From assembly GCA_964572275.1 (NCBI GenBank), contig CAZNED010000002.1:12582-76581 (forward strand): 64,000 bases of DNA, written 5' to 3'. Position numbers and translations under genes: made by a program. The DNA comes from an uncultured Candidatus Saccharibacteria bacterium. GTDB lineage: Bacteria; Patescibacteriota; Minisyncoccia; Minisyncoccales; UBA1441. Under the pieces are notes generated by a model. That model had not been told where the DNA came from, made no database searches, and saw only the letters and a program-made list of their open reading frames with translations. Positions 47,782-57,674 of the stretch are shown piece by piece. Each line of letters starts with the position of its first letter. Position 1 is the stretch's first letter.

Positions 47782-48144
47782 ATGAACCATATGAAAAATT
47801 GGGGAGCCAGATTAGCCTGCCAAATGCTGGCTGGTGTTCTCGGTCTTTATTTAGCACAACGCTTCATTCCTCAAGTCCAGATAAACCAAGATTGGACTCT
47901 TATTATCTGGGCCGGTTTAGCTATCGGCGTATTGAATTTTTTCCTAAGACCGATTCTCATGATCATCGCTATCCCTATTCGTATCTTGACTTTTGGATTA
48001 TTTAGCACCATTATCAATATGCTTATGATTTGGTCAGCAACTCTGCTCTACCCTGCTATCATCATTCCTTGGTTCTGGCCACTATTCTGGACTTCAATTT
48101 TAATTGGCTTAAGTGCTACTATAATTTCTTTTGTTTTAACATGA
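47782..48144 (+). CDS. Small polytopic membrane protein (PF04020/YvlD holin-like family)
   Basis: 120 aa with four TMs. The pattern is W.LI.WAGLAIGVLNFFLRPIL...LTFGLFSTIINMLMIW. Confidence 0.5.
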   Translation: MNHMKNWGARLACQMLAGVLGLYLAQRFIPQVQINQDWTLIIWAGLAIGVLNFFLRPILMIIAIPIRILTFGLFSTIINMLMIWSATLLYPAIIIPWFWPLFWTSILIGLSATIISFVLT

Positions 48145-48356
48145 ATCCATTAATGATTGCTCAAATTTGTGTTTCAATCGTACTCGTGGTTAGTATTCTG
48201 CTCCAGCAGAGAGGAACTGCCATCGGCAGTTTTATGGGTGGTGGTGGAGAGAGTTATTTAGCCCGCCGAGGAGCTGAAAAATATTTACTTTGGATTACTA
48301 TAATTTTTACTATTGCTTTCGTCGGATTAGCTATCGCTAGTTTCCTTTTTGTTTAA
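48141..48356 (+). CDS. secG: Preprotein translocase subunit SecG
   Basis: The ATG at 48141 overlaps the previous stop (ATGA). The 71-aa product MNPLMIAQICVSIVLVVSILLQQRGTAIGSFMGGGGESYLARRG... has the SecG LLQ..kG...g.fGGG signature and two TMs. Confidence 0.75.
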   Translation: MNPLMIAQICVSIVLVVSILLQQRGTAIGSFMGGGGESYLARRGAEKYLLWITIIFTIAFVGLAIASFLFV

Positions 48357-48359
48357 CCA

Positions 48360-50363
48360 ATGGCTGAAGAAACGCCCCTAGATAAAACATCTCTTACAAA
48401 TTTTTCTTGGAAATCATTTTGGCAACGATGCTGCTATCAAGAAAAAGCCGCTTTTTGTTTTTTTATTATTGCCGGAGTGATCGCCGGATTGCAGTTGATC
48501 ACTTATTACCACAAAGATCGCATCGAGATAATGCCTGCTTTTGGCGGAAGCTACCGTGAAGGAATTGTCGGCCAACCAAGATTTTTAAATCCTCTTTATG
48601 CTCCTGCCAATAATCCCGATCAAGATATTGTAGAACTAGTCTTCTCGGGATTAATGAAATATGATGCCGAGGGTAATCTTGTTCCGGATTTAGCTGAAAA
48701 CTATGAAATTAGTGAAGATGGAAGAACTTATCTTTTTACTTTGAGAGAAAACCTCTTTTGGCACGATCGTGAACCATTAACCACCGATGATATCATCTTT
48801 ACTATCCACACCATCCAGAATCCTGATTATAAAAGCCCTCTTAGAGCTGGATGGCTGGGCGTCGAATTGGAAAAGATTTCTGACCGAGAATTAAGAATCA
48901 GCTTGGAAACACCTTATGCTAGTTTCTTGGAAACAGCAACTACTAAAATAATACCTCGCCATATCTGGAAAGAAACTCCTGCCTTGACTTTTCCTTTAGC
49001 CGTATCTTCGACTCTATCATTCATCGGCTCTGGCCCTTATCGATTTCAAAGTTTAAATCTAGATAGCCAGAAACGAGTGCAATCCATGGATTTAGAGTTC
49101 TTTGAACAATACTATTTGATTGACCGGCCTTACATTGCTAAGATTTCTTTTAAATTTTATGAAAACGAAGAAGCTCTTTTAAAAGGGGCTCAGCATGGTG
49201 AAATAGATGGATTTAGTTTATCGGATTCAAATGGAGTCGAATTGCCGTTTTTAAATTTTGCCGCCCAGAGATTGAGCATGCCTCGATACTTTTCAATCTT
49301 CTTTAATCCCGAAAAATCACAGTTATTTGCAACTAGTGCCATTAGGAAAGCATTAAATTACGGAATCGATCGCGAAAGATTGATTCAACAGATTGCCCCC
49401 GACCGAAGTCAGGCAATTAATTCTCCAATCCTCCCGAATTTCTATGGATTTTCCGCGCTGGAAAAACCATATGATTATAATCCAGAGAAATCTATTGAAA
49501 TATTAGAAGGATTAGGATATCTTCTTGATGAAGAGAATTCCGAATATAGACAAAAAGCTCCCAATATCCAATCTGAAGTTTTCAAATCAGATCTAAAAAG
49601 CGGAAGCCAAGGAATTGAAGTGCGCTCTCTGCAAGAATGCTTAGCAAAATTCCCGGAAATTTACCCAGAGGGAGAAATAACTGGCTATTTCGGGGCGAAA
49701 ACTAAAGAAGCCGTTATTCTGTTCCAAGAGAAATATTCCGAAGAAATCCTAGATCCTTGGGGTTTTACAAGTGGGACAGGATTGGTAAGTCGAACTACCC
49801 GCAATAAGCTAAATCAAATTTGTTTTGATACAGAAAAAAGCTCCGATGTGCTTGAATTCAAGCTAACCACTATTGAACAGCCCCATCTTATTCGTCTGGC
49901 TCAAGCATTGAAAGAGCAATTGCGCGAAATTGGTGTTAAGGTTACTATTGAATATTGGTCTGCTGCAGAATTAGAAAATGAAGTGATTAACTCAAGAAAT
50001 TACGAAGCCCTTTTGCTTGGTCAAGTTTTAGGTAGTATTCCCGATCCTCTCCCCTTCTGGCACTCTTCACGAAAAAGAGAACCCGGAGTAAATCTGGCTT
50101 TGTATGAAAATGAAGAAGCTGATGAGTTCTTAGAGCAAGCTCGGGCAACTCTTGATCCCGAAGAACGTCAAATATTATTGGAGAAATTTCAAAATCTGAT
50201 AAATGATGATTGCCCCGCAATATTCCTCTATCAATTAGATTATGTTCATTTCATATCTAAAGATATCCAAGGATATGAGATTAACAAAATAGTTACCCCG
50301 GCCAAAAGATTCTCAACCGTCGTTGATTGGTACTTACGTACTCGAAGAACTTGGAGCAATTAA
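48360..50363 (+). CDS. Family-5 ABC substrate-binding protein (peptide/nickel type) with an inserted peptidoglycan-binding domain
   Basis: 667 aa. It has an N-terminal TM anchor and SBP_bac_5 blocks (FSGLMKYDAEGNLVPDLAENYEISEDGRTYLFTLRENLFWHD). An internal PG_binding_1-like block (GSQGIEVRSLQECLAKFPEIYPEGEITGYFGAKTKEAVILFQEKYSEEILDPWGFTSGTGLVSRTTRNKLNQ) is homologous to the C-terminus of the metalloprotease at 32662..34362. Confidence 0.65.
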   Translation: MAEETPLDKTSLTNFSWKSFWQRCCYQEKAAFCFFIIAGVIAGLQLITYYHKDRIEIMPAFGGSYREGIVGQPRFLNPLYAPANNPDQDIVELVFSGLMKYDAEGNLVPDLAENYEISEDGRTYLFTLRENLFWHDREPLTTDDIIFTIHTIQNPDYKSPLRAGWLGVELEKISDRELRISLETPYASFLETATTKIIPRHIWKETPALTFPLAVSSTLSFIGSGPYRFQSLNLDSQKRVQSMDLEFFEQYYLIDRPYIAKISFKFYENEEALLKGAQHGEIDGFSLSDSNGVELPFLNFAAQRLSMPRYFSIFFNPEKSQLFATSAIRKALNYGIDRERLIQQIAPDRSQAINSPILPNFYGFSALEKPYDYNPEKSIEILEGLGYLLDEENSEYRQKAPNIQSEVFKSDLKSGSQGIEVRSLQECLAKFPEIYPEGEITGYFGAKTKEAVILFQEKYSEEILDPWGFTSGTGLVSRTTRNKLNQICFDTEKSSDVLEFKLTTIEQPHLIRLAQALKEQLREIGVKVTIEYWSAAELENEVINSRNYEALLLGQVLGSIPDPLPFWHSSRKREPGVNLALYENEEADEFLEQARATLDPEERQILLEKFQNLINDDCPAIFLYQLDYVHFISKDIQGYEINKIVTPAKRFSTVVDWYLRTRRTWSN

Positions 50364-50399
50364 ATACTGTCCATTTTATTCTTATTAAAATTAACCCTC

Positions 50400-50483
50400 G
50401 CCAAGGTGGCGAAATTGGTAGACGCGATAGCTTCAGGAGCTATTGAGCGTAAGCTCATGTGGGTTCAAATCCCGCCCTTGGCA
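50400..50483 (+). tRNA. tRNA-Leu (anticodon CAG), long variable arm, no encoded CCA
   Basis: GCCAAGGUGGCGAAAUUGGUAGACGCGAUAGCUUCAGGAGCUAUUGAGCGUAAGCUCAUGUGGGUUCAAAUCCCGCCCUUGGCA. The acceptor is GCCAAGG/CCUUGGC and the anticodon loop is UUCAGGA. Confidence 0.85.
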
Positions 50484-50565
50484 CAGAAAAATAAATATTG
50501 TTTGCGTTTTACGTCTATGATTAAAAAATTCAAAAGTTTTGGCTCTTTAGCCTTCTAAATTAATT

Positions 50566-52242
50566 ATGATTAAAAAAGATTCAAATATTTCCGTTATCCC
50601 CCTTGGCGGACTGGGAGAAGTGGGGCGCAATATGACCTTGATTGAATATGAGAAAAAAATTCTCATTGTTGATACTGGTGTAGGATTTCCTCAAGAAGAT
50701 ACTCCTGGTATAGATTTTGTCATTCCAGATATTTCTTACCTTAAAAAGAGGAAAGAAGATATCGTGGGAATTGTTTTTACGCATGGACACTATGACCATA
50801 TTGGTGCGCTTCCCTATCTGATAGATGGGATTGGTAAGGTTCCTATTCTAGCCTCTGATTTGACCAGAGAGATTATTTTGCGACGTGAAAAAGAATTTGC
50901 GCATCGGACTAAAGCTGATATAACCACTGTTAAGGCAGGACAAACCGTTTCTCTGTCGCCATTTAAAATAACTTTTGTTCATCAGGTTCATAACATTCCG
51001 GCTAACTTTGGCTTATTCATCGAGACCCCTGGAGGAAATATTTTTCACACTGGTGATTTTAAATTTGACGATAATCCAGTCAATGATCGCCCAGCTGATC
51101 TAAAAGAGTTAGAAAGAATCGGGAAAAAAGGCATTCTTTTGCTTATGTCTGATTCGACTAGTTCAGAGGATCCTGGGCACAGTTTGTCGGAAAAGACGAT
51201 TAGTGAGAATATGGATCAATTGATATTCTCGACTAAACAGAGAATAGTCGTTGCTACTTTCGCTTCTCTTATTAATAGAATTCAGCAAGTTATTACTTCT
51301 TCTGAAAAAAACGGTCGCAAGGTTGCCGTTGTTGGTCGTTCTATGAAAGATAATGTTGAGATAGCCCAGCAGTTAGGATATATCAAAGTCCATCCAGGAA
51401 CATTGATTAAATCGGATCAAGTATCGAAATTACCATCAAATCAAGTCACCATATTATGTACGGGTAGCCAAGCCGAAAGCAAAGCAGCTTTGCTCAGAAT
51501 CGCCAATAATGAAGACCGACATATAAAATTAGACAAGGGTGATGTTATTACGTTCTCATCTTCAGTTATTCCTGGAAATGAAAGGACTGTTCAGGCTCTC
51601 AAAGACCGTTTTTACAGACAGGGATTAGAAGTTGTCCATTACAGCATGATGGATATTCATGCCGGTGGTCATGCTCGACAGGAAGAATTGGCTCAAATGA
51701 TAAATTTAATGAAGCCAAAATATTTTATGCCAATTCATGGATATTGTGCCATGTTAGTTAATCATAAAAAAATTGCCATGGAACAAGGAATTCCCGAAAA
51801 GAATATTGCTATCGCTGAAAATGGACAAGTTATTGAAATTTCTCCGCGACAAATGACTATTGGGCGACGCGTTGTTCCTGCTGGTTACATATTCGTAGAT
51901 GGATTAGGTGTGGGCGATGTCGGCGAAGTTGTTTTAAGAGACAGACAGAATTTAGCCCAAGATGGCATGTTTGTTATTATTGTTACCGTTGACCATCGCA
52001 CTGGAAAAGTTCAGGATTCTCCTGATATTATTTCTCGCGGTTTTATCTATTTGCGACAATCAAAACAATTACTGAAAGAAACTCGACAGAAAGTAACTGA
52101 AATAGTGGATCGTTCAACGCGCGGCCATAAAAAATTTGACGCAAATTATATTAAAGCTAACATTAGAGATGACATTGGAGCTTTTCTTTTTGAAAAAACA
52201 GAAAGGCGCCCCATGGTTCTACCTGTTGTCATTAAAGTATAA
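50566..52242 (+). CDS. rnj: Ribonuclease J
   Basis: 558 aa. It has the metallo-beta-lactamase motif FTHGHYDHIG, beta-CASP motifs, and the RNase J C-terminal domain. Confidence 0.9.
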   Translation: MIKKDSNISVIPLGGLGEVGRNMTLIEYEKKILIVDTGVGFPQEDTPGIDFVIPDISYLKKRKEDIVGIVFTHGHYDHIGALPYLIDGIGKVPILASDLTREIILRREKEFAHRTKADITTVKAGQTVSLSPFKITFVHQVHNIPANFGLFIETPGGNIFHTGDFKFDDNPVNDRPADLKELERIGKKGILLLMSDSTSSEDPGHSLSEKTISENMDQLIFSTKQRIVVATFASLINRIQQVITSSEKNGRKVAVVGRSMKDNVEIAQQLGYIKVHPGTLIKSDQVSKLPSNQVTILCTGSQAESKAALLRIANNEDRHIKLDKGDVITFSSSVIPGNERTVQALKDRFYRQGLEVVHYSMMDIHAGGHARQEELAQMINLMKPKYFMPIHGYCAMLVNHKKIAMEQGIPEKNIAIAENGQVIEISPRQMTIGRRVVPAGYIFVDGLGVGDVGEVVLRDRQNLAQDGMFVIIVTVDHRTGKVQDSPDIISRGFIYLRQSKQLLKETRQKVTEIVDRSTRGHKKFDANYIKANIRDDIGAFLFEKTERRPMVLPVVIKV

Positions 52243-52244
52243 TT

Positions 52245-53228
52245 ATGAGAATTTTTTCAGGAATTCGACCAACCGGCACAATTCATATCGGAAATTATCT
52301 TGGAGCCATTAAAAACTGGCTGTCTTTGCAGGACAATAATGAATGCTTTTTTTGTATTGTAGATTTGCATGCCATTACTACTCCGTTCCAACCAGAACAA
52401 TTGAAAAAAGATATCTTTGATTTGGCTGCTCTTTATCTTGCCCTGGGTCTCGATCCTAAAAAAGTTACACTTTTCATACAATCGCGCATTCCCGAACATT
52501 CAGAATTAGCTTGGCTGCTTGGGACAGTCACTCCTTTAGGAGAGTTATCCCGTATGACACAATACAAGGAAAAATCAGCCTCTCTACCCTCTTCCCAGAT
52601 TAATGCCGGATTACTTTTTTATCCGGTTCTCATGGCTGCCGATATTCTACTTTATCAAACTGAAGCCGTCCCTGTCGGTGAAGATCAAAAACAACACGTT
52701 GAATTATCCCAAGATTTGGCTAGAAAATTTAATAATCGCTTCGGTTCGGTTTTCCATATCCCGAAGGCCATTGTGCCTAAAGATGCAGCCCGAATAAAAT
52801 CATTACGCGATCCATCAAAAAAGATGTCAAAGACCGATGATCCCCAGGGAGCTATTTCTCTCCTAGATTCGCTAAAAACGATTAAAGCTAACATTATGAG
52901 TGCGAAAACTGATTCGGAAACAAAGATTAAGTATGATCCCGAGCGTCACCCAGGCATAGCTAATCTCATTACTATCTATAGTGTCTTAAATAATATAAAT
53001 ATTAATGCTACTGAGAAATTGTTTATTGATAAAAATTATCGAGATTTAAAATTAGCCCTGATTGATTCTCTCGTATTTTTTATTGAACCGATTCAAAAAG
53101 AATATAAAAAATGGATTAATTCTCCTGATAAAATTGAACTTATTTTGGAAAGCGGAGAAGATCGAGCTAAAAAAGTTGCGCAAGAGACCATCCGTCAAGT
53201 CAAACAGAGTATGGGTTTATCCGGTTGA
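52245..53228 (+). CDS. trpS: Tryptophanyl-tRNA synthetase
   Basis: 327 aa. IFSGIRPTGTIHIGNYLGA is HIGH-like and KMSKTDD is KMSKS. Confidence 0.9.
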   Translation: MRIFSGIRPTGTIHIGNYLGAIKNWLSLQDNNECFFCIVDLHAITTPFQPEQLKKDIFDLAALYLALGLDPKKVTLFIQSRIPEHSELAWLLGTVTPLGELSRMTQYKEKSASLPSSQINAGLLFYPVLMAADILLYQTEAVPVGEDQKQHVELSQDLARKFNNRFGSVFHIPKAIVPKDAARIKSLRDPSKKMSKTDDPQGAISLLDSLKTIKANIMSAKTDSETKIKYDPERHPGIANLITIYSVLNNININATEKLFIDKNYRDLKLALIDSLVFFIEPIQKEYKKWINSPDKIELILESGEDRAKKVAQETIRQVKQSMGLSG

Positions 53229-53260
53229 CGGACATCCTTAATTGCTATATTATTACCATT

Positions 53261-53689
53261 ATGAATTATCAATTAACCTTTCTTATTTCCCTGAAATTGG
53301 AAGCCGAACCGGCAATTCAATATCAGGAAAAAATAGTTGAACAGCTGAAAAAAATCGGGGCTGAGATTAAAAACATTTCGGAATTAAAAGAACAAATGTT
53401 GGCTTATGAAATTCGTAATGAGAAAAAAGCATGGTTAAGCAACCTATTCTTTTCAATTGATCCAAGCAAGGCTCATGAAATTAAGTCTTTTATTGATCAA
53501 GAATCTAATATTTTAAGATACCTGATTGTACAGCCATCAACTAAAGTGAAAAGTCACCCTCGGCGGGTACCCAAAACTCAAAAAGATAAAATTGCCGAAA
53601 CTTCTGTTCCGCTTGAAGTATCTGCCGACCAACCTAAAAATGCGGAAGCATTAGATCAGAAAATTAATGAAATTTTAAATTGGGAATAA
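53261..53689 (+). CDS. rpsF: 30S ribosomal protein S6
   Basis: The internal ATG at 53261 gives MNYQLTFLISLKLEAEP...MLAYEIRNEKKAWL..., the S6 signature (MNYE..F.L...L.EE.....G....LAY.I). The listed 5' extension lacks homology. Confidence 0.8.
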   Translation: MNYQLTFLISLKLEAEPAIQYQEKIVEQLKKIGAEIKNISELKEQMLAYEIRNEKKAWLSNLFFSIDPSKAHEIKSFIDQESNILRYLIVQPSTKVKSHPRRVPKTQKDKIAETSVPLEVSADQPKNAEALDQKINEILNWE

Positions 53690-54243
53690 TGGTCACATTT
53701 AATTTCGACAAAAAAGAACAAGAAACCAATCGCGATTTCTCTCTTATCCCAGATGGCATATATGATGCCACTATTGAAGATGTGGAAGAAAGAACATCTC
53801 GTTCAGGAAATCGCTATAAAAGATTAACTTTTCGTCTTTTTGGTGATCGTGCCGAGAAAGAGCATGTTGCCCGCAGAATGATTTGGGACAACCTTGTCCT
53901 ATTAGAACAAGTTGAGTGGAAAATTCAAAACCTTCTTTATGCTTGTGGGTTACCATACGAAGGGACGGTTACTCTTTCTGATAATTGGTCCGAATTGATT
54001 GGCAAGGAACTTAAATTGGGTATAAATATTGGAGAATATCAGGGACAAAGACGTAACGAAGTTAAAAATTACTATACATTTAACACCCAAGTGATTAATT
54101 CTGGCCAATCAGCAAACGAAAATATTCCCATTATTCAAGAAGATAGCCCCAAGAAGAAGGCCTCCAAAAAATCAGAAACTCCGAAAAAAGAAGGTCTTGT
54201 TGATAATGAAGAGGAAATTAATATAGACGATATTCCATTTTAA
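53689..54243 (+). CDS. Divergent single-stranded-DNA-binding-like protein with a canonical C-terminal acidic DIPF tip
   Basis: It occupies the conserved rpsF-ssb-rpsR slot and ends ...EEEINIDDIPF, the SSB C-terminal partner-interaction tip. The core does not show the canonical SSB OB-fold motifs by eye. The ATG at 53689 overlaps the rpsF stop. Confidence 0.55.
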   Translation: MVTFNFDKKEQETNRDFSLIPDGIYDATIEDVEERTSRSGNRYKRLTFRLFGDRAEKEHVARRMIWDNLVLLEQVEWKIQNLLYACGLPYEGTVTLSDNWSELIGKELKLGINIGEYQGQRRNEVKNYYTFNTQVINSGQSANENIPIIQEDSPKKKASKKSETPKKEGLVDNEEEINIDDIPF

Positions 54244-54245
54244 TT

Positions 54246-54461
54246 ATGAAAAAGCATTCTTGTTATTTATGTCAAAAAGAAATTCTTGACGTTGATTACA
54301 CCAATACCTCTTTATTGTCTGGTTTTCTGAATAGTCATAATGAGATAAAGAAACATCAGAAAGCTGGACTTTGTGCTCAGCACCAGAGAAAAGTAGCCCG
54401 AGCTATTAAGCGAGCCCGAACTCTCGGTTTACTCCCATATATTTCCGGTCACGGAGAATAA
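54246..54461 (+). CDS. rpsR: 30S ribosomal protein S18
   Basis: 71 aa. CYLCQKEILDVDYTN...AGLCAQHQRKVARAIKRARTLGLLPY is conserved S18. Confidence 0.9.
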   Translation: MKKHSCYLCQKEILDVDYTNTSLLSGFLNSHNEIKKHQKAGLCAQHQRKVARAIKRARTLGLLPYISGHGE

Positions 54462-55469
54462 TTAAATTTGCGCTGCTTTTAATACCTCTTTTTTGATTTC
54501 AGCAGCGATTTTTGGATTTTGATTTAGATATTGTTCTGCATTTTGCATCCCTTGGCCCATCTTCTCTTCTTGATATTTATACCAAGAACCAACCAATTTT
54601 ATAACATCATATTTCAGGCCTGTTGAAATAAGATCAACATTCTTTGAAATGCCTCGACTATAATAAATATCAAATTCGGCACCACGAAATGGCGGAGCAA
54701 CCTTATTCTTTACAATTTTAGCCGCAATGCGACTACCTATTATCTCTTCCCCACTCTTAATAGTTGCTCTGCGTTGAAGGTTAATACGAACTGAACTATA
54801 GAACTTAAGGGCCAATCCTCCTGGCGTTGTTTCTGGTGAACCGAAGCGTATTCCTATCTTCATGCGAGTTTGATTTAGGAATATGACTGAGGTTTTGGTA
54901 TTAGCAATAATAGAAGAAAGCTTTCGACAGGCCTGACTCATTAAACGAGCCTGTAATCCGATCTGTAATTCACCCACTTCCCCTTCTATTTCAGCTCGCG
55001 GAGTTAAAGCAGCTACTGAATCAATAACTATGATATCTATCTCTCGAGAGCGGACTAATCTCTCTACAATTTGGAGCGCCTCTTCTCCCGAATTAGGCTG
55101 AGCAATAATTAATTCTTTAGTATTAACGCCTATCCGACGAGCATAATCAGGATCAAGAGCATGTTCGGCGTCAATAAAAGCCGCTGTACCATTTTGACGC
55201 TGTGCTTCAGCGATAACATGTAATGCTAAAGTAGTTTTTCCTGTCGATTCAGCACCGAAGATCTCTACTACGCGTCCGCGAGGAATCCCTCCAACACCTA
55301 GGGCTAGATCAATAGCTAAGGATCCTGTTGGAATAGCAGCTACATCGCTAGCACGGGTTTCGTCCAATCTCATTATAGAGCCCTCTCCAAACCTTCCTCT
55401 AATTTCTTCTAATACTTTTTGTAGCTGATCTTTCGACCCTATCTCCAATTCTTCTTTCTTCTTAGGCAT
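54462..55469 (-). CDS. recA: Recombinase RecA
   Basis: 335 aa. Walker A is EIFGAESTGKTTLAL, and the L1/L2 loops and IDSVAAL are present. Confidence 0.97.
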   Translation of the reverse strand: MPKKKEELEIGSKDQLQKVLEEIRGRFGEGSIMRLDETRASDVAAIPTGSLAIDLALGVGGIPRGRVVEIFGAESTGKTTLALHVIAEAQRQNGTAAFIDAEHALDPDYARRIGVNTKELIIAQPNSGEEALQIVERLVRSREIDIIVIDSVAALTPRAEIEGEVGELQIGLQARLMSQACRKLSSIIANTKTSVIFLNQTRMKIGIRFGSPETTPGGLALKFYSSVRINLQRRATIKSGEEIIGSRIAAKIVKNKVAPPFRGAEFDIYYSRGISKNVDLISTGLKYDVIKLVGSWYKYQEEKMGQGMQNAEQYLNQNPKIAAEIKKEVLKAAQI

Positions 55470-55483
55470 TTTGTTTATATAGA

Positions 55484-57658
55484 TTAAGTTTGATTGAAAT
55501 TCCCATAAACATCATTCTCTGGTTTATTCATATTATCATTTTCTTCATAATCTGATAATAGAATATCTCGAGGCTTTGATCCCTGTGCTTCGCTGATTAT
55601 GCCCTCAGATTCTAACATATCTAATAACCTAGCGGCTCGAGCATAACCAACTGAAAGACGGCGCTGTAATAATGAAGCTGATGCTTTTCCAGCTTCAACT
55701 ACAATCCTTTTGGCATCTTCAAATAAGGGGTCCTTATCTAATCCATAACCAGGATTGTCATGCAATCGTTCCGCATTTTGGCGCAAAGATGTTTCCAAGG
55801 CCGTCTCGCCTAGCTTGCCTTGATTATTTTTAATAATAAAATTAATGACATTTTCCACTTCTTTTTCAGAGACATAAGCAGCTTGAATTCTTTTAGGCTT
55901 AGAACTGTCTGCCGAAATGAAAAGCATATCGCCTCTTCCAAGCAATTTCTCTGCCCCTGCCATGTCTAAAATCGTTCGAGAGTCAATCTGCGATGGAACC
56001 TGAAATGCTATACGCGTATTAATATTAGCCTTGATAAGACCAGTAATAACTTCGACTGAAGGCCTTTGCGTCGCTACTATCAGATTAATACCAACAGCTC
56101 GTGCTTTTTGAGCCAAGCGAACTATAGTTGCTTCAATTTCCCGACCGCGGGACATCATTAAATCAGCCAATTCATCGACTACAACAACAATATATGGTAA
56201 AGGATCCAGGCTTTTATCCTTTATCCTCAATTGATTATAATCTTGGATATTACGCACTTTATGTTTCAAAATACAACTAAATCTTCGCTCCATCTCTCCA
56301 ACCAACCATTCTAAAGCATTTACAGCCTCTATCGGGTTAGATATAACCGGACAAAGAAGGTGCGGTAAATCGTTATAGCCAGAAAATTCCACTTGTTTCG
56401 GGTCTACCATGATGAAATTAAGTTGCTGAGGACTATTTCGATAGAGCATGCTTAAAATCAAATTATTCAATGCGATTGTTTTGCCTGAACCAGTCGAACC
56501 CGCAACTAATAGATGAGGCATTTTTTCCAAATCAGCGTATGTAGGAGCACCCGTCACATCTCGCCCTAAGCAAAGTTTCAAAGGAATCGGATCATTTTTG
56601 AACTGAGAATCAGCTAATAATTCTCTCAAACGGACCATCACTCTTTCTCTATTGGGGACTTCTATTCCCACCAATGAACGACCCGGAATGGGAGCCTCTA
56701 TCCTTATGGGATGAGCCGCTAAAGCCAAAGAAATATTGCGAGATAAAGAGGTTATTTTTGATAGATTAACAGCCTCTAATGGCCTGAAAGCATATTGTGT
56801 CACTGTCGGACCTACATTTATTTCTACAACTTCCACTGGAACGCCAAAGCTACCCAATGTTTCTTCGATTGTTTTTGAATTGATATTAAGATCACCGGTG
56901 TCCGGACGTCCTTTATCTGGAGCTAATAAATCTACTGGTGGTATCTTATAACCATCGGCAATGCGCTTATCATTCGTTTTAATATTGGAACTAACGGCAG
57001 GTTTACTTTCTTTCTTTTCTTCAACTTTATTATTTATTTCGACTTGCTTCCGGCTCCAGTCTACTTTCGGTGTCACCATAATCTTGGATTTGATTTCTTG
57101 GACAGGAACATTAGCTGTAATCTGTTTTTCACCAGAAAGAATATCTGCTTTTTTCATTCGATAATTCCGCCAAAATGGATAAAAGAAAGTGATCAGCCCA
57201 CCTAATAATAGACCAGAGAAAATGATTAAACTTACCCATAATCCGAATAATCTAAAAACCGGCCAAGCCAAAATATGGCCAATCCATCCTCCATTATGAG
57301 CATATTGACCTAAAAAAGCAGGATCTTCTATTTGATAAATTGAGAATACTGACCACAAACCAGCCGAGCCAACTAAAAATAAAACTATCTCCAAAATAGC
57401 TAGCCATCCGCCGTGAGCCACTTCAATTTTCCAGAGAGATATACCACTGATAATTAAAAATAGTGGCAAGAAAAAAGAAGCATGCCCTAGAATAAGTGAT
57501 AAAAATTTAAGGATAAAAGATCCGCCAATGCCGGCTAGCTCAAAGAATGATAAAATTATAATAACAGCGCCTAACAAGAACAAAACAGCCGCCACCTTCC
57601 TTTTTAATTCCGGAGATAATCGAGGCGGCTTTTCTTGCTGGGTTTTTCTTTTTCCCAT
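55484..57658 (-). CDS. ftsK: DNA translocase FtsK/SpoIIIE
   Basis: 724 aa. It has N-terminal TMs, the motor domain (HLLVAGSTGSGKT, VVVVDELADLM), and the C-terminal gamma wHTH. Confidence 0.9.
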   Translation of the reverse strand: MGKRKTQQEKPPRLSPELKRKVAAVLFLLGAVIIILSFFELAGIGGSFILKFLSLILGHASFFLPLFLIISGISLWKIEVAHGGWLAILEIVLFLVGSAGLWSVFSIYQIEDPAFLGQYAHNGGWIGHILAWPVFRLFGLWVSLIIFSGLLLGGLITFFYPFWRNYRMKKADILSGEKQITANVPVQEIKSKIMVTPKVDWSRKQVEINNKVEEKKESKPAVSSNIKTNDKRIADGYKIPPVDLLAPDKGRPDTGDLNINSKTIEETLGSFGVPVEVVEINVGPTVTQYAFRPLEAVNLSKITSLSRNISLALAAHPIRIEAPIPGRSLVGIEVPNRERVMVRLRELLADSQFKNDPIPLKLCLGRDVTGAPTYADLEKMPHLLVAGSTGSGKTIALNNLILSMLYRNSPQQLNFIMVDPKQVEFSGYNDLPHLLCPVISNPIEAVNALEWLVGEMERRFSCILKHKVRNIQDYNQLRIKDKSLDPLPYIVVVVDELADLMMSRGREIEATIVRLAQKARAVGINLIVATQRPSVEVITGLIKANINTRIAFQVPSQIDSRTILDMAGAEKLLGRGDMLFISADSSKPKRIQAAYVSEKEVENVINFIIKNNQGKLGETALETSLRQNAERLHDNPGYGLDKDPLFEDAKRIVVEAGKASASLLQRRLSVGYARAARLLDMLESEGIISEAQGSKPRDILLSDYEENDNMNKPENDVYGNFNQT

Positions 57659-57674
57659 ATAAGAAAACCGAGAA

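Noticed and set aside
47600-47800. Strand-orientation switch (minus to plus) as a possible replication origin
   Set aside because: The plus-strand block is only about 6.7 kb before reverting to minus. No DnaA-box cluster (TTATCCACA) or dnaA/dnaN is nearby, and the single TATCCACAA at about 20445 is inside a CDS.
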